Below are positions 9,605-18,995 of a stretch of 57,767 bases of DNA, piece after piece; the stretch's first letter is position 1, and each line of letters begins with the position of its first letter. Source of the DNA: an uncultured Bacteriovoracaceae bacterium. Its GTDB lineage: Bacteria > Bdellovibrionota > Bacteriovoracia > Bacteriovoracales > Bacteriovoracaceae. The stretch lies in assembly GCA_964012805.1 (NCBI GenBank), contig CAXGUD010000023.1, forward strand, positions 1 to 57,767, written 5' to 3'. Position numbers and translations under genes: made by a program. Below the pieces are notes generated by a model. The model made no database searches. It was not told where the DNA came from and saw only the letters and a list, made by a program, of their open reading frames with translations.

Positions 9605-11353
9605 ATGGCCAAAAAGAAAACAGAAGACCTTTCAAGAAGTGAATTAAAAAAGCTCCTTGCTGTCGCGAGGGGGGACCAGGAACCAGATACCCTTATAAAA
9701 AATGTAAAAATACTCGACCTTGTCTGCGGGGAGGAAATAGATTCTGCCATTGCCTTATCCGGTCGTCATATAGCAGGCGTTGGAAAAGAGTACGAAGAAT
9801 CAAAGGCCAAAAAGGTATGGGACGCAAAGGGGGCTACGGCCGTTCCAGGCTTTATTGATGGACACCTCCATGTTGAGTCATCGATGATGCATCCTTTTGA
9901 GTTCGAACGCTTGACCTTACCTTTAGGCACGACAACGGCCATATGCGACCCCCATGAAATTACAAATGTTATGGGAGAAAAAGGATTTTCATGGTTTTTG
10001 AGGTGTTCTAAGCTCATGAACCAAAATTTATTTGTTCAAGTTAGCTCTTCTATTCCGGCACTGCCAGGCTTTGAAACAAATGGAAGCCCCTTTGATGTCG
10101 AGCAAATGAAAAAATTTAAAGGTCATCCCAGCGTCATGGGCCTCGCTGAAATGATGAACTTCCCCGGAGTAATTAATGGGGATGATCAGGTTTTAGATAA
10201 ATTGGAGGCCTTTGAAGGAATGAATATTGATGGCCATTGCCCCCTCCTTTGTGGAAAGGCTCTCAATGCCTATTTAGCGGCCGGTATCCAAAACTGCCAT
10301 GAAACAGTTACCTATGATGAAGGAAAAGAAAAGCTCCAAAAAGGGATGGCCCTCATTATTCGGGAGGGGTCAGTTGCTAAAAACCTCAAAACCCTTGCAC
10401 CTCTCGTGACGGAATTTAATTCACCACAATGCTTTCTTTGCACTGATGATAGGAATCCTTACGAGATTTTTAAAGAAGGCCACATAAATTACTTAATTAA
10501 GGAAATGATTAACTCTTTGGGAGTCCCTCCCCATATAGCTTACCGCTTGTCTTCATTTTCGGCAGCGAAACATTTCGGCCTTAAAAGGCTCGGACTGATT
10601 GCACCTGGCAAACAAGCTGACATCGTTTTTTTAAATGATGTGAAAAAGGTTGATATCCTCGACGTTTTTATTTCAGGTAAAAGTGTTAAAGACCTTAAGC
10701 TGAAAAGTGAAGCCTCCCAAAAGCTTGAAAAAAGCTTACCTCCAAGGGAAAACACAATCAAAAGGGAACCTATCGTCCCAAGTGACTTAAACCTCACTCT
10801 TTCTCAAGGAATCTATAATGTTATAGAGATTATCCCTGATGAAATTATTACAAACCACCTAAAAGTCACTTATGATGGATCTCAATTTAACGAAAGCGAT
10901 GTTCTTCAAATAGCCGTCGTTGAAAGGTATGGAAAAGGACTTAAACCTTCTTTAGGACTTGTTAAGGGAACGGGCTTAAAAACTGGGGCCATTGCCTCCT
11001 CCGTTGCACACGATTCTCACAATATTATAGTGATTGGAAAAACAAAAGAGGAAATGGCCTTAGCAGTTAACACGCTTATTAAAGAAGGCGGTGGCTTTTG
11101 TGTCACTGAAGGGAATCAAGTCTTGTCATGTCTTCCTCTGCCTATAGCAGGACTTCTAAGTTTAGAGTCTGCTGAGACCATCACAGAAAACATAGAAGAG
11201 TTGAGGGCATCTTTCAAAAAAATTGGCGTCGTTCTTAAAGAACCTTTCCTTCAAATGGCCTTTTTGGCCTTGCCAGTAATTCCGACCCTTAAAATAACTG
11301 ATAAAGGTCTTGTTGATGTCACGAAGTTTGAGTTTGTCTCTATCAAACGTTAA
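9605..11353 (+). CDS. ade: Adenine deaminase
   Basis: PGFIDGHLHVESS, DPHEITNV, LAEMMNFPGV, CTDDR, SSVAHDSHN, LPLPIAGL, LALPVIP. Confidence 0.96.
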   Translation: MAKKKTEDLSRSELKKLLAVARGDQEPDTLIKNVKILDLVCGEEIDSAIALSGRHIAGVGKEYEESKAKKVWDAKGATAVPGFIDGHLHVESSMMHPFEFERLTLPLGTTTAICDPHEITNVMGEKGFSWFLRCSKLMNQNLFVQVSSSIPALPGFETNGSPFDVEQMKKFKGHPSVMGLAEMMNFPGVINGDDQVLDKLEAFEGMNIDGHCPLLCGKALNAYLAAGIQNCHETVTYDEGKEKLQKGMALIIREGSVAKNLKTLAPLVTEFNSPQCFLCTDDRNPYEIFKEGHINYLIKEMINSLGVPPHIAYRLSSFSAAKHFGLKRLGLIAPGKQADIVFLNDVKKVDILDVFISGKSVKDLKLKSEASQKLEKSLPPRENTIKREPIVPSDLNLTLSQGIYNVIEIIPDEIITNHLKVTYDGSQFNESDVLQIAVVERYGKGLKPSLGLVKGTGLKTGAIASSVAHDSHNIIVIGKTKEEMALAVNTLIKEGGGFCVTEGNQVLSCLPLPIAGLLSLESAETITENIEELRASFKKIGVVLKEPFLQMAFLALPVIPTLKITDKGLVDVTKFEFVSIKR

Positions 11354-11529
11354 AACTTGATATAACTTTTACTTACTTAAAACATCAAAAAATACCCGAA
11401 AAAGGGCCTATTCTTTAAATACTCAAAGCTTCTTAAAAAAAAATATTAGAACTTATCTATTAAGACAAGGAGTTCCTATATTAGCTTTTATATGAGAAAA
11501 AACCGCTTATTTCAGTGAGAGGAACATAT

Positions 11530-11748
11530 TTAACTTGAGGCCCTAAACCGACTTTTTTGATCGTGAATTAATTGACTAATTTGTGATATAGCGTCAACTA
11601 TTTTTTTTAAGGACTCTAGTTCATCCTCTTCAAATTTATTTTTCTTTTGAAGACGGGATAAAACAAAGCCAGCACCACCTTGAGCTATAACGACTTGATT
11701 ACTAATATCGTGAATAAATTCAATTTCTTTCTTGTCTTTTGGCGCCAC
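11530..11748 (-). CDS. Small hypothetical protein resembling a stand-alone HisKA helical hairpin
   Basis: FIHDISNQVVIAQG resembles an H-box; two helices. Confidence 0.5.
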   Translation of the reverse strand: MAPKDKKEIEFIHDISNQVVIAQGGAGFVLSRLQKKNKFEEDELESLKKIVDAISQISQLIHDQKSRFRASS

Positions 11749-11942
11749 TTTAAAATTCCATTCATAGGTTTCTTCTTAAAATACTATTATAAAGGAAGGT
11801 TATAAAAAACAAACTCCCTTTTTTAAAAGATTTAAAAAGCTTTTAAAAATTTGATGATACGCTTCAAATTTGAATTTCATTCTTTTTCAAAGTTAAATAC
11901 TTCAAACCAAGTCCCATACTCTTACAAAAGGTTAAAAAATTA

Positions 11943-12767
11943 TTATGAATTGCCCTCATCGTACTCTTCATCCATGACAAGATAATTCATAATTCCATAC
12001 AATTTAAAAGGTCCCTGATTGTTCTTTTGAAAGAGCTGCCCCTTCCAAACATTTTTCTCTTTAATTAAGTCTAAGGCGATATACGTGACATCATAAAGGT
12101 CGATCACAATCCTATTTTCATTGGCCATATCCTCTTTTAAAGAACTCATATCTTTAATCACCGTATCATCATTGATCATCCGACCGTCCTTGGTGACAAT
12201 TTTAATCCTCATTTTAACCTTTTGAGAATCCTCTTTAACTCGAGATATTTTAAGGGAGAAAGTTAATTCTTTATTATCAAGAACCTCATCAAGGATGACG
12301 ATGTCCCCTTTTATGGTCCCAAATATTTTCCTAAGCATAAATTCATTTTTAAGAGCCGTAAGGTCCGACTTATATTGATTAGGATTTAAAACGAGGTATT
12401 CTCTCATCTTTTTTTCATGCTTTTTTAGATAATCTCCTATACTTGGACGCCTTTTTTGATCTTTGGCCTCACCACTTTCCTCTTTGCCAGTCTCTTTACT
12501 GATAGTTTTATTAGGGTTACTCCCTTTTTCTCCAATATATAAATTATTGGATTGGACCAGGGATAATTTTAACTCTTTCATTTTATGCTCAAGCTTTAAA
12601 ATTAGTTCTTTAGGCTCCTGTTTTTCACTTTCAGAATCGCATATTTTAGTTAATGTCATCGTTTCGTTGCCGTCACTCATAGGTCTTTTATCTTCTTCAT
12701 TTTTGGTTGAAAACAAGATAAATAAAATTAAGATTAGGTTTAACAAGATTGATAATTTAGTTTTCAT
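11943..12767 (-). CDS. Hypothetical N-terminally membrane-anchored protein, last gene of the RiPP-like operon
   Basis: N-terminal hydrophobic segment; start overlaps the end of the HTTM gene. Confidence 0.7.
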   Translation of the reverse strand: MKTKLSILLNLILILFILFSTKNEEDKRPMSDGNETMTLTKICDSESEKQEPKELILKLEHKMKELKLSLVQSNNLYIGEKGSNPNKTISKETGKEESGEAKDQKRRPSIGDYLKKHEKKMREYLVLNPNQYKSDLTALKNEFMLRKIFGTIKGDIVILDEVLDNKELTFSLKISRVKEDSQKVKMRIKIVTKDGRMINDDTVIKDMSSLKEDMANENRIVIDLYDVTYIALDLIKEKNVWKGQLFQKNNQGPFKLYGIMNYLVMDEEYDEGNS

Positions 12768-13671
12768 AAATGCCTCTTTTAAAAATTTTATTAGGTAATT
12801 TTTGTAAAAAAGTTATTTCTTTGTCTTTTAGAAAAATGACGTAAACAAGGGCCATAAAAGTTCCAAAGTGAAAAAGACCCATCGTAAAAACAATACCCAG
12901 GTGGAGCAAAACTCCCACAAAGATCATGGGTAGCCTCATCAGCTTATGATGGATAAGGAAGGGCAAACATACCTGAAATAATAATGTAAAATAGGTTAAA
13001 AAGGTTAAGGGCATTTCAAGTACATGAATATTATTAAAAATAAGCGGGTGCCCAAACTCATTTGACTGAAGGATATAGTATAAAGACATGCCGCTTTTCC
13101 ACAAAGGGCCGTTTAACTTTGAAACCGCCGCCGTTATATAGAGGAAAATGATATGAGCCTTAATAATGTAAAAGGCACCATTAGATAGACTTGTCCTTAT
13201 TTCATTTATGAATGAAGCTTTCTTCTCATTATTTTGGGAAGTCTTTAAAAAGCAATTAAAAAAGAGGAGGATCACTGAAACCTGATTTCCTCCATCTAAA
13301 ATAGGCTGGATTAATGTGTTTAAATTTAAAGTGAAAAATAAAACCAAAAAGTTCGTTATGATCGAGAACTTCCCCCGCATGGCCAAAATAATTGAGACAA
13401 TTTGAAAAAAGAAGAAAACACCAACAAAAGGCCTCACCGATTCCATCGATAAAAGCGAAAACAGGTTCAAGCCTTGGGCCTTAGGCGCCATTTCCAAACT
13501 TAAGCTTATGCCCTCTGGTGAAAGAAGCCACTTCTTATAGGCCAAGATAGTCAAGGTGTGAATGAACGTAAAGGATAAAAGGCATACTCTAAAAAGCTTT
13601 TTGACTTTAGGGTTTACCTCTTCTAATGAAAAGTTTCCTATAAAGTTTTTTAAATCAATTAATAAGCTCAT
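12757..13671 (-). CDS. HTTM-domain / SdpB-like membrane protein
   Basis: DGGNQ, YITAAVSKLNGPLWKSG..LYYIL, LLHLGIVFTMGLFHFG motifs; multi-pass. Confidence 0.85.
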   Translation of the reverse strand: MSLLIDLKNFIGNFSLEEVNPKVKKLFRVCLLSFTFIHTLTILAYKKWLLSPEGISLSLEMAPKAQGLNLFSLLSMESVRPFVGVFFFFQIVSIILAMRGKFSIITNFLVLFFTLNLNTLIQPILDGGNQVSVILLFFNCFLKTSQNNEKKASFINEIRTSLSNGAFYIIKAHIIFLYITAAVSKLNGPLWKSGMSLYYILQSNEFGHPLIFNNIHVLEMPLTFLTYFTLLFQVCLPFLIHHKLMRLPMIFVGVLLHLGIVFTMGLFHFGTFMALVYVIFLKDKEITFLQKLPNKIFKRGIYEN

Positions 13672-14249
13672 TTTAAACCTTCTTTATTAAAAGAGTACTT
13701 TTCAATCAAATCCCACCTCGTGCTCTTTTTTTCTTTTGAATAAAAGTGAGGGTACTTCTTACCTAAGACCATTTCCCAATCACTGCACTTTTTGGAGGCA
13801 TATTTTGATAAAAAACGAAAGCTCGGTTCTCTTATGACTTCTTTAGAGACATATTCTTTACACTGCTCTTTTGTTATATTTTTACAATTCTCTCTTTTTT
13901 CTTCAATAAGCCCTACAATTTGCCTTATAGGGTTTTGATAGAGGAAAAGAATTTTCTCCTTACCGGCCAGTCTATTACTATAATGATCTTTCTGAATTTT
14001 CTTTAAAGGTGAAAACCAAGGAGAGGTACCTTTCGGTTCAACACACCTTATTTTAAAAATAAGAGAGAAAAAAGCAGGGTGTGGAGCAAAGAGCTCTCCC
14101 TTTTGAGCAAAAAGTTTTCCCGTATAATTTTGGGCCTCTTTTCCTAAATAGGCCTTAATTAAGCTGTTTGGAGAGGCATTAACAACGACCATGAGTATAT
14201 GATAAAAACAAATAGTTAGAGTTATCATGCTTATGAAATAGCGCCTCAT
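13668..14249 (-). CDS. SdpA-like / DUF5819-like protein
   Basis: N-terminal TM, SPNS, Y...LFAQKGELFAPHP (cf. QxWxLFAPxP); ATGA overlap with the HTTM gene. Confidence 0.75.
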   Translation of the reverse strand: MRRYFISMITLTICFYHILMVVVNASPNSLIKAYLGKEAQNYTGKLFAQKGELFAPHPAFFSLIFKIRCVEPKGTSPWFSPLKKIQKDHYSNRLAGKEKILFLYQNPIRQIVGLIEEKRENCKNITKEQCKEYVSKEVIREPSFRFLSKYASKKCSDWEMVLGKKYPHFYSKEKKSTRWDLIEKYSFNKEGLK

Positions 14250-15130
14250 TTTATTTTTTCCTCTTTTTCTAATTCATGCCCTCTCACATAATCTAAAAGG
14301 CCCGTTTTAAGGGTGGAAGGGAGTCCTTGATATTGGGCCGATATTTTAAATAAGGGTGAAATAAACCCAAATTTTAAATTTTCATTTTCTAAAAAAAAGA
14401 CCATTTCACCCATAAAGTAATTAAACTGTTTTTTAATGACTGAAGTGTATTCTTTTATTTTATTTATTATGCTTTCTTCTATTTTTTGACTTTCATCAAA
14501 GGCCTGAACCGAAATACAGGATCCTGAAAAGTAAGAAACGATCGGCAACCCCTCAGGTTTATCGATGATAAAAGAATTCCACCTCGGTTTGTCATTTTTT
14601 TCCGATTTCCAATAGTAGTAGTTATCGGGTTGTGTAAAGACAGGCTTTTTAAGGCCCTCTATTTGAGGAGTGTCGTAGCCAAAACTGTATTCAAAATCAG
14701 GATAGGATAAATCGAGACCCGCTTGATTTTTAAGGTGGTGCCACTGAAGATTTAGAGGAAGCTTATCACCACAAAGTGAGTATAGACCCGGAAGAGACGT
14801 CTTCTTTTTAAAGCCCTTTAGAAAACTTATGAGAAATAATTGAAACTCTTTTCTGGTTGGTTCTTTAATGGGCCTATTATCGATTGACAATTTTTCAAAG
14901 GATAAGGCCCTATTTAATAAAATATCCTTTTTACCGTCAAATTCTAGGCCGTTTGGTAAAGTTCCTTTGACGTATGTTTCAGACCCCTCTTTGTAAAAAC
15001 TAAATTCACAAGAATTCAAGAGATTGTTTAAAGTTAGCGTATGAACTTTTTTATGCCCGTCTATCGTAATACCGTCTAAGCACCTTGCTGCTTCATCAAA
15101 TTTCAAATCGTAGGTTAAAATTAAAATCAT
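14246..15130 (-). CDS. Divergent ATP-grasp-like protein (putative)
   Basis: Overall layout resembles RimK/MvdD-type ATP-grasp proteins (MILILT start, LLNR, LPLNLQW, YPDF, KPEG..IVSYFSG, MGEMVF..FGFISP) but canonical motifs are degenerate. Confidence 0.45.
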   Translation of the reverse strand: MILILTYDLKFDEAARCLDGITIDGHKKVHTLTLNNLLNSCEFSFYKEGSETYVKGTLPNGLEFDGKKDILLNRALSFEKLSIDNRPIKEPTRKEFQLFLISFLKGFKKKTSLPGLYSLCGDKLPLNLQWHHLKNQAGLDLSYPDFEYSFGYDTPQIEGLKKPVFTQPDNYYYWKSEKNDKPRWNSFIIDKPEGLPIVSYFSGSCISVQAFDESQKIEESIINKIKEYTSVIKKQFNYFMGEMVFFLENENLKFGFISPLFKISAQYQGLPSTLKTGLLDYVRGHELEKEEKIK

Positions 15131-15300
15131 TTCTTGGTGCTCCCATTGTTTTTTTTCTTCATTTATACACTTTCTAAAATTTATTCATAGGCGCTAAACC
15201 CTTTTAATATTTACAATTGTGTATAGTGAAACTGGCACTTTTTATTTATAAATTTTTTTTATTGAGGCATTAATAATGATAAAAGGATTAAAGGAAGAGA

Positions 15301-15335
15301 GGGCCGGAATGCCTTTTTTGGCAACCATCCGGCCC
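15301..15335 (-). terminator. Stem-loop after the precursor gene
   Basis: GGGCCGGA...TCCGGCCC inverted repeat, followed on the minus strand by TCTCTTCCTTT. Confidence 0.65.
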
Positions 15336-15350
15336 ATAATAAAGAGTGAA

Positions 15351-15689
15351 TTAGAAACCGAATCCGTCCCTGTCAAAACCTGAAAATGACGTTCCAAAAG
15401 AACCTGAAGTCCTTACCATAGATGAAGAGTTGTTGTTATTGTTATTGTTGTTATTATTGTTGTTATGGTTTACAAAAATAATTCCACAAGACCTAGAGCC
15501 AGTTCTAGAAATTCTTCTCTCCCTCTCAGTGAGCTTTGGAGCAAAAGTTGATGTTCTAGAGGTTTTTTTTATGTCAATACTTGAACCTCTACGAAAGTGT
15601 GGGTTGGCGGAAGCCGTTGACGTTAAAGTTCCAACAATTGATAAGACTGCTAGGGCCGAGGCTACTTTCATTTTTTTTGACTTTTTCAT
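15351..15689 (-). CDS. Putative secreted RiPP precursor with poly-Asn tract
   Basis: AAGGAG RBS; Sec signal ending ASA; core SCGIIFVNH-N12-SSS; lies between the HExxH gene and the SdpAB-like genes. Confidence 0.75.
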   Translation of the reverse strand: MKKSKKMKVASALAVLSIVGTLTSTASANPHFRRGSSIDIKKTSRTSTFAPKLTERERRISRTGSRSCGIIFVNHNNNNNNNNNNNNSSSMVRTSGSFGTSFSGFDRDGFGF

Positions 15690-15810
15690 TTCTTTCTCCT
15701 TTTGTTTTGGATTTTCATTAATCCTTGAGACCCTTATAACCCAGTTTTAGAAAATTTGGGTCCCGTTTGGTTAGTATTCATTTACTTATGTAAACGACTT
15801 GACATTATTT

Positions 15811-17025
15811 TTATGAAACTAATTCAATAAACTTTTTCTTTTCCTTTTGATTTTTTAATTTAGCATCGCAAGATTCATCGATATCTTTTTTAAAAAGGTC
15901 CCAAAGGTTTAATATGGATTCATCTGTTTGTCCTATGCCTTTAAGGTATTCTCTTATTTGGGGACCTCTTCTAAATCCAAATGAAACATTCAGCATTTTT
16001 TCTCTTACCTCTTTAAGGTCTATCGATTGGCCTAAAGATTCAGGTTTTTTCAAAACCACGCTTTCTAACTCTTCAAAAAATGAGTAGAGACCAAAGTAAA
16101 TGAAAACAGCGTGGGTAAAGGCCATATGAGGGATAGCATTTCCCGACCACGGTGAAACAGGCCTTACTTTTAAATTTCTTTCGTAAACAGCGAATTTAAG
16201 AAAGTTATTTTCGTAAATACAAAGAAAGTTATGAAGTGACTCATGGATCAGGTAATCCATAAGGTTTAAAAGAGTCATTTCTTCCTTATGGGCATTAGAG
16301 ATCCTTATAGTGCCAATTTCTCTTGGAACTTGCTCACTACTGATTCCTGTTTTTTCTTTTTTTCTAAACTGAATGACCTTAGTAAAATTTTTAATAAGTT
16401 TTCCGGCAACTGGGGCCGTTTTATTTATAATTTCCAAGGCGTCTTTAACTTTTTTAGTAATAAGGTCCTTTTCTTCCTTTGAATATGCACTAAAAGGGCC
16501 ATTTAAAACGCCACTTTTTGGTTCATCTTTCTTTACCCAATCGGATTCAAAGTCTAAAACCAAGGAATCTTCTATGACGGATGCCTTATAAAATTGACTT
16601 TTGTTATGGTCATTATTTTGAATAAGCTCTCTTTTGAAAGCACGCTCATTTTTTGGAATGTAGTAATCATTAAGTGACGTCCAAAGTTCTTTATTAAAAG
16701 TGTTTTCCCTTTTTATAAGACAGATTTCGGCCTTCAAAAAGTCACTGACAAACTCTAACCTTTTTAGATAACTTAAATCTGATTCAGGGCCTATGACTCT
16801 ATAAAGTGAAGGCCCTTTTAAAAGCCTTTCATAAGAAGGGGCTTGTAAAGCCTCAATCAAAACCTTTATTTCACTCACCTGTTCAGGGTAATCAATCCCG
16901 GAAGTCCAAAGAAGGTCTGATAAGTGGTGCTTAACTTTATTTAAATGAATAGGATATGAATCGCTTAGAATCGGCGGATAATCGATTTCCCATCTTAATA
17001 AACTAAATAACTGTATTGGATTCAT
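15811..17025 (-). CDS. HExxH-motif peptide-modifying protein (aKG-HExxH beta-hydroxylase-like)
   Basis: SS...IGTIRI, YLIHESLHNFL, SPWSG...FTHAVFIYFGL, the pattern typical of RiPP HExxH domains. Confidence 0.8.
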   Translation of the reverse strand: MNPIQLFSLLRWEIDYPPILSDSYPIHLNKVKHHLSDLLWTSGIDYPEQVSEIKVLIEALQAPSYERLLKGPSLYRVIGPESDLSYLKRLEFVSDFLKAEICLIKRENTFNKELWTSLNDYYIPKNERAFKRELIQNNDHNKSQFYKASVIEDSLVLDFESDWVKKDEPKSGVLNGPFSAYSKEEKDLITKKVKDALEIINKTAPVAGKLIKNFTKVIQFRKKEKTGISSEQVPREIGTIRISNAHKEEMTLLNLMDYLIHESLHNFLCIYENNFLKFAVYERNLKVRPVSPWSGNAIPHMAFTHAVFIYFGLYSFFEELESVVLKKPESLGQSIDLKEVREKMLNVSFGFRRGPQIREYLKGIGQTDESILNLWDLFKKDIDESCDAKLKNQKEKKKFIELVS

Positions 17026-17217
17026 TTAACACCTCTTTTCTTAATCTGTTGGAAAAGAAGGTATTACAAATTTCAATTTTTTTAAATGGGTTGGTGCGGC
17101 TATTTATTTACTTTTGTGAATACAAACGCCCATTGGAATCTTTCTTCAGATTCCTTTTTGAACTATAAATTGAGCAACTTGAAAAACTGAAAGAGCAATG
17201 GAACAAAAGAGGAAATA

Positions 17218-17799
17218 ATGAAAATACTGTCTTTTATATTAGTTTTAACACTTTTAACATCAGCAAGCTTTGCCAAAGAAGAGTTATCTAAAGAATTAAA
17301 AACAACTGAAAGTTACCATGAAGAACTTCCCACTCTTCGCTTAAAGAAAAGGCATGGTTTAACGACAGGGTTATCAGAACTTGGTCTTTCAGGTTTATCC
17401 TTTAAGTACTCCTTCCAAATAGATGAGAAGCTTAGATTAAAGCTAGGTTATTCAACGCTTGCTTTTATGGGAAACTCCAAGGGAATTGGTATTGATTATG
17501 TCTTTGAACCGTTAAAAACTTTTTCCCCAATAATAGGCCTCAATCTTTTTCAATCAAAGGTAGTTAATGGCAAAAAATTTATGGCCGACCTTCTCGTCAG
17601 ATCTCTCACAGGTAATGAAGACAAAATTAAAATGACCAGTGAGGTAGTCAAAGGCGGCTCTATAAATCTGGGCCTTGATTTTAGAACTAAATCAGGGCTT
17701 ATTTTTAACGTTGGTATGAACTCTTTTATTTTAAAGTACGATCGTCAATTTTCTAAAATAAAGTCACTCCCCTACTTAAATATTGGTAAAGCTTTCTAA
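17218..17799 (+). CDS. Exported hypothetical protein, probable beta-barrel
   Basis: Signal peptide (ASFA); beta-strand pattern; C-terminal PYLNIGKAF. Confidence 0.6.
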   Translation: MKILSFILVLTLLTSASFAKEELSKELKTTESYHEELPTLRLKKRHGLTTGLSELGLSGLSFKYSFQIDEKLRLKLGYSTLAFMGNSKGIGIDYVFEPLKTFSPIIGLNLFQSKVVNGKKFMADLLVRSLTGNEDKIKMTSEVVKGGSINLGLDFRTKSGLIFNVGMNSFILKYDRQFSKIKSLPYLNIGKAF

Positions 17800-18033
17800 A
17801 CTCCCCCTTTAGATGGCCTACTGGTTTGAGGGTAAAAAGGTTAGTGGAAAAAAAATCATAAAAAAGTAATAAAAACGACTGATTTCCGCTAACCTTTTTT
17901 TAAAAAAAGATCACACATAATCAAGCTCTCAAATAGTTTTGAATCCAAAGAAAAGATACCCGGAATTCCAAGATATAATCATAAATTAAGATAATTTTAT
18001 TTTTTTCTTAGATTTCTTTAATTTGCATGATGA

Positions 18034-18816
18034 TTACAAAGGAATATATATATTTCTCTTTTTATACTTTCCTTTTAGCTCTTTTAAAAATTTTTCATCG
18101 CTCATAACTTTATTTAAGCCTTTTTGATATTTCTTAACGGTTTTATCCTCAATAGACTTATTAAAGGCGTAATACAAATCTGACTCTTTAAAAATAAAGG
18201 CCACTTTAAAATCTTCCATATAAAAACCACTTGTTTTCATTTTTTCTTTCAATCCAACTAGTCCATAAGAGAAAAACTTAAACCTCTTTTTTTTAATAAG
18301 TGAAAATAATTGCTTTACTTTAGAAACCTCCATCAAGTTGTCTTTTGGGAAACCTGCATCTATTAAAGCATGCCCACCAATATCTTTTCTTATCGAAACC
18401 ACCTTTTCACCTTTTAAATCTTCAATTCCTTTAACTTTTGGACCGCCTCTATAAGTTACAATAGCGTATTTATTACCAGGCACAGGACCAACCCATTTGA
18501 ATAAATTTTCTCTTTGGGTAGTCCTCCCCATTAAAAAAAGGGCATTTCTTTTACCAACTTTTTGTACCTTTCTGTAGCTTCTGGCCCAGGGTAAGATCAT
18601 TATATTTTCTGCATTTTTTTTGAGATTTAATTCATTAAAGACCTTAACGATAATATCTGTACCAAAACCTGTGACTTTACCATTTTGAGAGTAATTGAAG
18701 GGTGGATAATCTTCAGTCATAAAATTTATATTATTTAAGGCCTCAGTTTTTAATTTACTGTCCTCGGCGTAACTATTTAGAGTCAGGATCAAAATAATTA
18801 GTGTAAATAATTTCAA
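18034..18816 (-). CDS. Family 3 periplasmic solute-binding protein (orphan)
   Basis: TEDYPPFNY, LPWARSY, RTTQRENLFKWVGP, LYYAFNK. Confidence 0.88.
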   Translation of the reverse strand: MKLFTLIILILTLNSYAEDSKLKTEALNNINFMTEDYPPFNYSQNGKVTGFGTDIIVKVFNELNLKKNAENIMILPWARSYRKVQKVGKRNALFLMGRTTQRENLFKWVGPVPGNKYAIVTYRGGPKVKGIEDLKGEKVVSIRKDIGGHALIDAGFPKDNLMEVSKVKQLFSLIKKKRFKFFSYGLVGLKEKMKTSGFYMEDFKVAFIFKESDLYYAFNKSIEDKTVKKYQKGLNKVMSDEKFLKELKGKYKKRNIYIPL

Positions 18817-18995
18817 TTTTTCCTCTCTTTTTAATTTGAGGGTATTATATCACTCATTCACACCAAATCATTTGAAAAGACCATAACCTTGAAACCGGGC
18901 ATGGCATTTTTTTTAACTCTTAAAATTCAGAGTTATTTTATTTAAAATTAAACTAAAAAATATCTGCTAACTTTTTTTATTTTTTTTAAAACCAT

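Noticed and set aside
15430..15750. + strand poly-Leu ORF
   Set aside because: Antisense shadow of the poly-Asn precursor, which has the RBS, signal peptide and operon context.
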